Source of the DNA: Parcubacteria group bacterium GW2011_GWA2_43_13
GTDB lineage: Bacteria > Patescibacteriota > Patescibacteriia > UBA9629 > GWA2-43-13
Direction: 5' to 3'
Length of the DNA: 64,000 nt
NCBI GenBank assembly: GCA_000999025.1
Contig: LCFM01000005.1
Location: 7,087-71,086 of the forward strand
Part shown: one piece after another, positions 9,900 through 18,048 of the stretch
Layout of the letters: every line of letters starts with the position of its first letter
Position numbering within the stretch: the stretch's first letter is position 1
Position numbers and translations under genes: made by a program
Notes under the pieces: generated by a model
The model's database searches: none
Told to the model about the DNA's origin: nothing
What the model saw: the letters and a program-made list of their open reading frames with translations, nothing else

Positions 9900-10370
9900 A
9901 TGTTTCAATTGTTACACGCTACACACTATAAGCTACAAAACAAGAGAGGTTTTACGTTAATAGAAATCATACTTTCCATAGCTACGATTGGAATTATTGC
10001 CGGTATTTCTATGCCTCTGTATGGCTCATTTCAGGTTCGAAATGATCTTGATATTGCCGTTTCCTCCATCGCCCAATCATCGCGTCGAGCGCAAGCGCTT
10101 TCTCAGGCGGTTGATGGCGATACAAGTTGGGGTGTGAATATCCAAAGCGGGAGTATGACAGTTTTTAAAGGGGCAAGTTACGCCGTCCGCGATAGCAGTT
10201 TTGACGAAATAGTTGATGTGCCAACAAGTATTTCGCCCTCAGGTATGTCGGAAGTGATTTTTACAAAATTGACAGGCCTCCCTCAAACCACCGGCACATT
10301 TACTCTTACTTCAAATGCCAATGAAACGAGAACAATTACAATCAACGCGAAAGGCATGGTCAGCTATTAG
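9900..10370 (+). CDS. Prepilin (minor pilin, FimT/GspH-like)
   Basis: KRG-FTLIE class III signal. Confidence 0.88.
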   Translation: MFQLLHATHYKLQNKRGFTLIEIILSIATIGIIAGISMPLYGSFQVRNDLDIAVSSIAQSSRRAQALSQAVDGDTSWGVNIQSGSMTVFKGASYAVRDSSFDEIVDVPTSISPSGMSEVIFTKLTGLPQTTGTFTLTSNANETRTITINAKGMVSY

Positions 10371-11790
10371 GGTGCATTCATTTACTTCGGGCTTCTATAG
10401 AGGGTTCTCTTTGGTAGAGGTGATCCTCTCCAGTGCGGTTTTTGTATTGTTGATCACCGCGCTTGTTGGTGCGTATTTGTATGGGCAGGAAGCAACAGTA
10501 TTTGCCGGTAATCGCGCTCGATCAGTCATGCTGGCTGAAGAAGGATTAGAAGCTGTGCGCAATATCCGTGATGCCGGCTTTTCAAACCTTACTGGTGGAA
10601 TATTTGGGTTGATTATCTCTGATAATCAATGGGATCTATCCGGATCCTCAGATGTGAGCGATATATTTACGCGGCAATTAGTGATTTCTGCCGTTGATAC
10701 AGGACGTATACATGCCACGTCAAACGTAACGTGGCAACAAAATCCACAGAGGAATGGCGAGGTTTCATTGATAACGAGATTTAGCGATTGGGCAAGAAAT
10801 TTTGGCAACTGGGGCGTGGCAACGCAAGAGGCAACGCTTGATTTATCTACAACTGATAACGGTAATGAGATAGCTCTGTATACAACAGGGTCTGCAACAT
10901 ATGCGATTGTGGTAAGAACGCGCGGATTAGCATCTGAATTGTACGTTATAGATGTTTCTATTCCTGCAAGTCCTGTAGTGGTCAGCAATGTAGAAATAGG
11001 AGCAACGGTAAATGATGTTGCGGTATGTGGGAACTACGCAGTCGTAGCTACTGTGGCCAATTCAGGCGAATTGCAAGTTATTAATTTAACCACACCAAGC
11101 GCTCCTTTGATTGCGAGCGTTTTTAACCTTACCGGTGGGGCTAACGCGCTTTCGGTTGTCTGTACAGGCACAACCGTATTTCTTGGTCGGGCCGCGAGCG
11201 CGCAGTATGAACTTTATGCAATCACTATTGCCGACCCTCTTGCACCGAGTATTCTTTCTTCGCTTGAATTAGGAACTAATGCGGATGCGGCTAAAGTTGT
11301 TCTTGCCCAGAACGGTCAGTATCTTTATATCGCTTCGCCTGTGAATTCGGGTGAATTGTTTATCGTCTCGACCAGTAGCCCGTCGAGTATTTTTCTTACA
11401 AGCACGTTTGATGCTTCAGGCGGGTCTGACGGCACTGCGGTAACGGCATTTTCAACGTACGCAGTACTTGGCAGAGCTGATGGAAATATTCTTGTTATAG
11501 ACGTTTCCATTCCTGCTGGCCCCACTCTTATTAGCAGTGCTTTAGATATTGGGGGTAATATTCAAGACATGGCAATGGGTATTGGCGATTCTTCTGTGTT
11601 CATTGCGAGTAATACCGCCGACACGCCGACATTTATTATTGATGTCATTACGCCGGCATCCCCGGCGATTTTGGGATCAGTCGCTTATGGAGAGGATACA
11701 AAAGGAATCGTGTGGGATTATAATCTGAACCGCGCTTTTATCGCCGGAACCTCTAATACTGCCGAATTTGCGGTTTTAACATCGAATTAA
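10315..11790 (+). CDS. Prepilin with C-terminal LVIVD-repeat beta-propeller (start uncertain)
   Basis: RG-FSLVE signal, LAEEGLEAVRNIRD motif, repeated ELYVIDVSIPASP-type units. Confidence 0.85.
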   Translation: MPMKREQLQSTRKAWSAIRVHSFTSGFYRGFSLVEVILSSAVFVLLITALVGAYLYGQEATVFAGNRARSVMLAEEGLEAVRNIRDAGFSNLTGGIFGLIISDNQWDLSGSSDVSDIFTRQLVISAVDTGRIHATSNVTWQQNPQRNGEVSLITRFSDWARNFGNWGVATQEATLDLSTTDNGNEIALYTTGSATYAIVVRTRGLASELYVIDVSIPASPVVVSNVEIGATVNDVAVCGNYAVVATVANSGELQVINLTTPSAPLIASVFNLTGGANALSVVCTGTTVFLGRAASAQYELYAITIADPLAPSILSSLELGTNADAAKVVLAQNGQYLYIASPVNSGELFIVSTSSPSSIFLTSTFDASGGSDGTAVTAFSTYAVLGRADGNILVIDVSIPAGPTLISSALDIGGNIQDMAMGIGDSSVFIASNTADTPTFIIDVITPASPAILGSVAYGEDTKGIVWDYNLNRAFIAGTSNTAEFAVLTSN

Positions 11791-11794
11791 TGCT

Positions 11795-12322
11795 ATGAGG
11801 ACTGTTGCTGAATACCATAAAAAATTATCACAATCAGGTTTTACACTCATAGAACTTCTTCTTTACATCAGTATTACTTCCATCATTCTTCTTGCTGTTT
11901 CGGCTTTTCTTTCCGTACTGTTAGAATCCCGCATCAAAAATCAAACCATTGCCGAGGTTGAACAGCAGGGTTTGCACATCATGAACATCATTACTCAAGT
12001 CGCGCGAAATGCAGAGGCAATCACGGGGCCTTTACCAAGTGCGAGTGCTCCATTTTTGACACTCGATGTTGCTGTGAGTGCGAATGATCCGACTGTTTTT
12101 GACCTTTCTGGCGGGACTATTCGCATTACCGAAGGAGTTGGGAGCGCAGCGTCACTGACTAACGCGCGTGTCATTGCTTCTGCTTTTAATATTCAAAATT
12201 TATCTCGGCCACGTACTCCAGGCACTATTCGTATTCAATTCACGCTCACGCATGTAAACCCTGAAGGCAGGAATGAATACAATGTTTCAAAGACATTTAT
12301 CGGATCGGCAACTCTACGATAA
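11795..12322 (+). CDS. Prepilin (PilW/GspJ-like)
   Basis: SG-FTLIE signal. Confidence 0.87.
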   Translation: MRTVAEYHKKLSQSGFTLIELLLYISITSIILLAVSAFLSVLLESRIKNQTIAEVEQQGLHIMNIITQVARNAEAITGPLPSASAPFLTLDVAVSANDPTVFDLSGGTIRITEGVGSAASLTNARVIASAFNIQNLSRPRTPGTIRIQFTLTHVNPEGRNEYNVSKTFIGSATLR

Positions 12323-12371
12323 CCACAACGTGCGGAGCGAGTGTAGAACTGCAAATGAAAGGACTACTATT

Positions 12372-12809
12372 ATGAATTGGCAAATTATAAACTGCACACA
12401 GCGCATCCCATTATGGGACACTCGTCATGGTGGGTATATCACCTTGGTGAGTGTTTTAGTTGTCGGCGCTGTCGGGGTCGCTATCTCAACCTCTCTTCTG
12501 TTGCTCGGACTTGGGTCATCGCGAACAAGTTTTGCGGTTGAACAATCAAGCCAAGCAAAGGCACTTGCCAATGCGTGTTCTGAAGAGGCGCTGAAACAAA
12601 TCAGGATGTCTGCGCCATTTACCGGAAGTGGCAATGTTGTGCTTGGCAAAGGTGCATGTAGTTATACGGTTACAATTCAAGGAGGACATAATCGCATCAT
12701 TACCGCAGTAGGCACAGTAGGCACTATCGTAAGAAAAGTAAAAATTATTATAGACCAGATTGTTCCAGCTATTCAGGTTGTATCATGGCAGGAGGTTGCT
12801 GATTTTTAA
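12372..12809 (+). CDS. PilX/GspK-like minor pilin
   Basis: GG-YITLVS signal lacking Glu5, AKALANACSEEAL, C-terminal SWQEV. Confidence 0.8.
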   Translation: MNWQIINCTQRIPLWDTRHGGYITLVSVLVVGAVGVAISTSLLLLGLGSSRTSFAVEQSSQAKALANACSEEALKQIRMSAPFTGSGNVVLGKGACSYTVTIQGGHNRIITAVGTVGTIVRKVKIIIDQIVPAIQVVSWQEVADF

Positions 12810-12863
12810 AAAAATAAAAATGTGATATACTATCAATGGTGGTTAATTAACAAGAGGTATCTT

Positions 12864-13328
12864 ATGAGATATATACATGCTGTACATTACAAGGATCAAC
12901 CCGATAAAGGGTTCACTTTATTAGAAATTCTTTTAGTGGTTGCCGCTATCGCGATATTGGCCGGCATTGTTATTTTAGCGATCAATCCTAACAAGCAACT
13001 TGGTGACACCCGCAATGCCCAACGCCGAGCAGATGTGAATACTATTTTGAACGCTGTATATCAATATACAATTGATAATAATGGAACGCTTCCTACTTCA
13101 ATTACTACTTCGCAGACAGAAGTTTGCAAAACAGGCGGCACATGTACCGGGCTGATTGACTTAGGTGTTGTGACAACAGATGAAAAATATCTTATTTCAA
13201 TTCCAACCGATCCGACCGGATCTTCTACGAATGGCGCTGGGTATGAAATTAAAAAGAGCGCTAATGGGCGCGTGACAGTCGTTGCGCCGGATGCTGAACA
13301 AAGTGCGACAATTACGGTAACGCGGTAG
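12864..13328 (+). CDS. Probable major type IV pilin
   Basis: KG-FTLLE signal, [20 protein letters not shown] motif. Confidence 0.9.
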   Translation: MRYIHAVHYKDQPDKGFTLLEILLVVAAIAILAGIVILAINPNKQLGDTRNAQRRADVNTILNAVYQYTIDNNGTLPTSITTSQTEVCKTGGTCTGLIDLGVVTTDEKYLISIPTDPTGSSTNGAGYEIKKSANGRVTVVAPDAEQSATITVTR

Positions 13329-13356
13329 GGGACAGAACCGAAAATGATTTTTATAG

Positions 13357-13397
13357 AATATCAAAAAATCACCATACCATGGTGATTTTTTGATATT
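13357..13397. terminator. Bidirectional terminator between the pilin operon and the 16S gene
   Basis: Perfect 19-bp inverted repeat AATATCAAAAAATCACCAT/ATGGTGATTTTTTGATATT. Confidence 0.75.
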
Positions 13398-13629
13398 GAA
13401 CTCTGAAATGTAATAGCCAACTCTCGTTTCAATCTATCCGTTTCATAAAGAAACGGATTCGACCATATCCATATTGCTATGGCATATCTCCCTAGAAAGG
13501 AGGTGATCCATCCACAGCTTCCGCTACGGATGCCTTGTTACGACTTCGTCCCTGTTACCGGTCTTACCTTGTCCCCTGCAAACGCAGGGTCTTCGGGTAC
13601 TACCGGCTCCCTTGACGTGACGGGCGGTG

Positions 13630-14483
13630 ATCGCGATATGTAACCTTCATTCGCACCCCACTGGACATGCGCTTCTCGCGCATCCAGCGAGTCCTTATAC
13701 ATTGATACTCTCCTTAAGGCGTTGGATTTTTTTACATCCATTATCAGTAAGATGTTGTTTATCGGCGATGAGAAAGGCGGCTTTACGAAAAAGAAGATAA
13801 TCTTTCCGTTTTTTTGCCTGTAGGGGATGCTTGTCAAAGAATGGAATAATATGTTCAACGATATCTTTAATATTTGAAACCTTTAGTTTGACGTGAGGTT
13901 TCCATTGAGCATATCGTTGATACTCCAATCTATAGAGATTTCCGCATCCTAATGTTTTTTGTATCGCTTGTAACACAGCACGATCATCTTCTTTGACTTC
14001 TATTTCAAAGAGGAGACGGACTTCTGATTTTCGGCGAAGTGTTTTGTGTTTGGCAATACTGATACAAAAACATCCTTCTCCATCTACGAACCCAACAATA
14101 TAATCAGGAGAAATGTGTAAGGTTTGTTCCTTCGTTTTTGGCATACTTATAAAGTATACCTCAAAACTACTATGAACGCAGCTGACTTCCTTTTAACCCA
14201 TCATTGGTTAACACGTTAAAAGGATCTCCCTGGGTTAGTGTATGAGCTATTTCCGACATTCCAAACGGGTTTTTAATGCTTACTTCCCATAGGTACACGC
14301 TATGATCGTAAACACCCTTATCGTGTTTGGGCTGTCATTTGTGTATAGAACCCTTCAGACATTCCCTTACGGGATATGTCCTGTTCGCAACTATTCCGCA
14401 CTCACTTTGGGGAATACCCCAAAGTGAGTGCGGGACAAGGATTTTCACCTTGTAGTTCATACGCCTGCCAGGCGCATTTAATT
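13630..14483 (-). mobile_element. Group II (IIC-like) intron in 16S rRNA after E. coli-equivalent position 1396
   Basis: Removing it restores TTGTACA|CACCGCCC; domain V with CGC triad at 13657-13691, domain VI with bulged A, 3' end AT; EBS1 loop UGUAC (14293-14297) complementary to exon end GUACA. Confidence 0.88.
13695..14144 (-). CDS. Single-motif LAGLIDADG homing endonuclease (intron-encoded)
   Basis: SPDYIVGFVDGEGCFCISI motif, IIPFFDKHPLQAKKRKDY C-terminal signature. Confidence 0.93.
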   Translation of the reverse strand: MPKTKEQTLHISPDYIVGFVDGEGCFCISIAKHKTLRRKSEVRLLFEIEVKEDDRAVLQAIQKTLGCGNLYRLEYQRYAQWKPHVKLKVSNIKDIVEHIIPFFDKHPLQAKKRKDYLLFRKAAFLIADKQHLTDNGCKKIQRLKESINV

Positions 14484-14546
14484 TGTACAAGACCCGAGAA
14501 CGTATTCAACGCGCCGTGGCTGATACGCGTTTACTAGCGATTCCGG

Positions 14547-14585
<39 letters not shown>

Positions 14586-14790
14586 GGTAGTTTTAAGGGA
14601 TTAGCTCCACCTCGCGGTTTGGCAACCCGTTGTACTACCCATTGTAGCGCGTGTGTCGCCCAGGACGTAAGAGCCATGCTGATTTGACGTCATCCCCACC
14701 TTCCTCCCTGTTAACCAGGGCGGTCTATTGTGGAAAGTAACACAATATAGGGGTTGCGCTCGTTTTCCGACTTAACGGTACACTTCACAG

Positions 14791-14821
<31 letters not shown>

Positions 14822-14915
14822 ATAGCACCCTCGAAGGCTTCCCGATTTCTCGGGATATGCAGCTATATGTCAAGCCCTGGTAAGGTTCCTCGCTTATCAT
14901 CGAATTAAACCACAC

Positions 14916-14985
<70 letters not shown>

Positions 14986-15793
14986 GGTACTTAACGCGTT
15001 AGCTTGGTTATAAGCACCTCTGGGAGGGTCGATACTCCCAAAAGCTAGTACCCATCGTTTACAGCGTGGACTACTGGGGTATCTAATCCCATTCGCTCCC
15101 CACGCTTTCGTCCATGAGTGTCAGAACTGTTCTAGCAAGCTGCCTTCGCCTTTGGTGTTCCGGCTGATATTAACGCATTTTACCGCTACACCAGCCGTTC
15201 CGCTTGCCTCTCCCAGTCTCGAGTTTGTCAGTTTTCCCCGCACTCTTATGGTTGAGCCACAAGATTTAACGAGAAACTTGACAAACAACCTGCGGACGCT
15301 TTACGCCCAATAAATCCGGATAACGCTTGAGGTCTCTGTATTACCGCTGCTGCTGGCACAGAGTTAGCAACCTCTTATTCGTAAGATACCTTCAGCCGAA
15401 GCTTATTCTCTTACAAAAGCCGTTTACAACCCGAAGGCCTTCTTCCGGCACGCGGCATTGCTCCTTCACGCTTTCGCGCATTGAGGAAGATTCTCGACTG
15501 CAGCCTCCCGTAGGAGTCTGGGCAGTTCTCAGTCCCAGTGAGGCGGGTCATGCTCTCACACCCGCTATCCGTCAGAGCCTTGGTGAGCTTTTACCTCACC
15601 AACAAGCTGATGGACCATAGGCCCCTCCTTTACCGCCGAAGCTTTCTTTTTCTTTCATATGAAAGAAAAACGTATGCGGTATTAGCCCGCCTTTCGGCAG
15701 GTTATTCCCCAGTAAAGGGTAGGTTACCAGTGTGTTACTCACCCGTTTGCCACTTGGCCTTGCGGCCACGTTCGACTTGCATGCCTAAGACAT

Positions 15794-15830
<37 letters not shown>

Positions 15831-16009
15831 ATAAAAGATTGTGATGCTTTTGTACACTATAGGCGCACCACGAACCTGAAAAATGTTGTATTTGGAATTG
15901 ACGTTGAGTTGGTCTATTACATTTCAGTTTTCAATGAACCGATACTCTTTTAACTAAAAACACAGAGGTCTTCTGTGCGTGATTTTTAGCTATGTTAAGA
16001 GCAGTACCA

Positions 16010-16038
16010 ATGATAGGGGATAGTACTATGGTTGTCAA
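16010..16038 (-). promoter_or_regulatory. 16S rRNA promoter
   Basis: TTGACA-17-TATCAT; boxA-like GTTCATTGAAAA downstream at about 15928-15939. Confidence 0.75.
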
Positions 16039-16841
16039 GCCCTTGTTGCGTGCTCATTTCTCCATTTTTTTATTTCCGCATGATTGCCGGAGAGTAATAT
16101 ATCAGGCGTGTGCCATTTTATGTCTTGGATAGGGGAGAACGTCGCGGGCTTGGTGTATTGGGGGTACTCCACAGCACTTCTCCGCCCATTGGAGGATTCG
16201 GCCGTGGCAAGCTTTACGCTGTGGCTTTCTTCTTGGAGTGATTCTTCGTTGCCAAGGACGCCTGGGATGAGGCGGGCAATAGCTTCAGTTATCACTAAAG
16301 CTGGCAGTTCGCCACCGGATAATACATACGGACCAATTGAGTATTCATCATCAACCATATGATCCGCGACGCGCTGATCTACGCCTTCGTAGCGACCGCA
16401 GATAAGGACGATTGACTGTTTTTCAGTTATCAGTTGTCGGTTGTCAGTTTTCAAATTTTTTATGGTATTGGTTCGCGTGAGATTTTGCGCGTCTGTTTGC
16501 GTGAATTGTTTGCCACGAGGTGTCATCAGTAATATAGGGGAATCGTCAACATGAAAAACAGACGATGGATGGTTTTGGGTATTTTTTTCAATATTAAAAT
16601 CAGGGAATTGGTTTTTACGCAGTGCGAGTAGGCAGTTATACATCGGTCCCAGTTTCATGACCATACCTGGTCCGCCACCTGTTGGAGTATCATCTGTTGT
16701 TTTGTGTTTATCAGTCGCGAATGCTCTGATATCATGAGTAATAATGTTAATACTCCCCGCATCTTGCGCGCGTTTTAAAATGGTCTCATGAATGTATGAG
16801 TCAAAAATTTTTGGGAAAATTGTGAGGATGTGGAATTGCAT
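16035..16841 (-). CDS. trmD: tRNA (m1G37) methyltransferase
   Basis: ILTIFP, DDTPTGGGPGMVMK, LICGRYEGVDQR, SGGELPA, YPQYTKP. Confidence 0.96.
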   Translation of the reverse strand: MQFHILTIFPKIFDSYIHETILKRAQDAGSINIITHDIRAFATDKHKTTDDTPTGGGPGMVMKLGPMYNCLLALRKNQFPDFNIEKNTQNHPSSVFHVDDSPILLMTPRGKQFTQTDAQNLTRTNTIKNLKTDNRQLITEKQSIVLICGRYEGVDQRVADHMVDDEYSIGPYVLSGGELPALVITEAIARLIPGVLGNEESLQEESHSVKLATAESSNGRRSAVEYPQYTKPATFSPIQDIKWHTPDILLSGNHAEIKKWRNEHATRA

Positions 16842-16975
16842 ACGCAAATATCGGTTTTCAGTCGTCAAATTTTAAATTTTAAAGGCGAAGCAATGTGAAA
16901 TTTGACAACTGATATTTGAGTTACCAGAAACCCCGCACAATGGCGGGGTCTGGTTTTTTCAAGAACGCTATAAAG

Positions 16976-17296
16976 TTATATTTTCAAGTCATCAACCGCG
17001 CTGGTATCAACGTCCTCGTTATCATTTGTTTCCCGCGGCAGGCGACCGCCTTCCGGTTCAACGATTTTGAGGTTCACGCGCGCATTGTTTTTTGCGCCCA
17101 CTACTCTTAAAAGAGTACGGATGGCGCGTGCAGTTTGACCTTGTCGGCCGATGATTTGGCCCATATCCTGTGGGTCTACTTTGAGAGTCAAGAGAACTCC
17201 CATTTCATCAACAGTGCGAGTGGTTTCAACCTTTTCAGGGTGGTCAACCAACGCTTTGACAACGGTGTCTAAGAATTGCTGATCTTGGTCTGCCAT
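16976..17296 (-). CDS. khpA: KH-domain RNA-binding protein KhpA
   Basis: DMGQIIGRQGQTARAIRTLL; rpsP-khpA-trmD synteny. Confidence 0.9.
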   Translation of the reverse strand: MADQDQQFLDTVVKALVDHPEKVETTRTVDEMGVLLTLKVDPQDMGQIIGRQGQTARAIRTLLRVVGAKNNARVNLKIVEPEGGRLPRETNDNEDVDTSAVDDLKI

Positions 17297-17435
17297 TCAG
17301 TTCGTGTGATCACGCATGTCACGCATCCTTTAGAGAGATGAGTTTCTTCCTGATAAGGGGAGCAACATGTTTGATCAGTATAAATTGTAAACAGTATCGT
17401 AACAGTTCGGATCGACATTTCCTACTGTGTTACAC

Positions 17436-17618
17436 ATAGAGACATCGTACTCCAGAATCGTACTCAATAACTTGTTAAAATCGTGCCTGGCTTGTTTTTC
17501 GCTTCAGGAAATTTTCGCCGTATCATTGGATACGGCTCAAATCCCCCTTGTTCCAAAACTGCGCCAGACACAGTTTTCCCTGCGTTCTCAGTCCGATTAT
17601 AGAGTGCGATGTCTCTAT
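17436..17618 (-). ncRNA. ssrS: Putative 6S RNA
   Basis: About 180-nt rod: 12-bp perfect closing stem, internal bubble, G-U-containing inner stems, terminal hairpin GCCGTATC/GATACGGC; dedicated promoter. Confidence 0.72.
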
Positions 17619-17621
17619 AAT

Positions 17622-17650
17622 AGTATATCATGATTGCGCTGGAGCGTCAA
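17622..17650 (-). promoter_or_regulatory. Sigma70 promoter for the 6S-like RNA, embedded in the rpsP 3' end
   Basis: TTGACG-17-TATACT; the TGA extension is also the rpsP stop codon. Confidence 0.75.
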
Positions 17651-17930
17651 TTTGTTTTTTGTACGCTGGGGTCACTTTTCTTTTCTCTCCTTTGATAATG
17701 CCAGCATTTACTAAGATATTATGCACAGAGCCAGTAGGTTGCGCGCCTTGAGAGAGCCAGTACTCAATGCGTTCTTTTTTTAATACAAGGGTGTCTTGTT
17801 TTTTGCGCGGATCGAAGTGCCCAAGTATTTCTTTTGCCACACTTTGCGGGTTGCGTGTTTTGTCTATCGCAATGATGCGGAAGTGAGGGGTTTTGTGCCG
17901 TCCCACGCGTTGGAGCTTGAGTGCTACCAT
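17628..17930 (-). CDS. rpsP: 30S ribosomal protein S16
   Basis: LKLQRVGRHKTPHFRII, YWLSQGAQPT. Confidence 0.96.
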   Translation of the reverse strand: MVALKLQRVGRHKTPHFRIIAIDKTRNPQSVAKEILGHFDPRKKQDTLVLKKERIEYWLSQGAQPTGSVHNILVNAGIIKGEKRKVTPAYKKQIDAPAQS

Positions 17931-18048
17931 ACATGTATAAGGTATTCTCTTTCATAAGACCGAACGGTCGAAGTTGCATCCGTGTCAATTACAAAAGGGA
18001 ATATTATGTTACTAAATGAACGTACGATACCCATTCTTGGGTGTTTTG

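Noticed and set aside
13630-14483. Group I intron (suggested by the LAGLIDADG ORF)
   Set aside because: The 5' exon ends in A, not U, and the intron ends in AT, not G; domain V/VI and EBS1 features fit group II.
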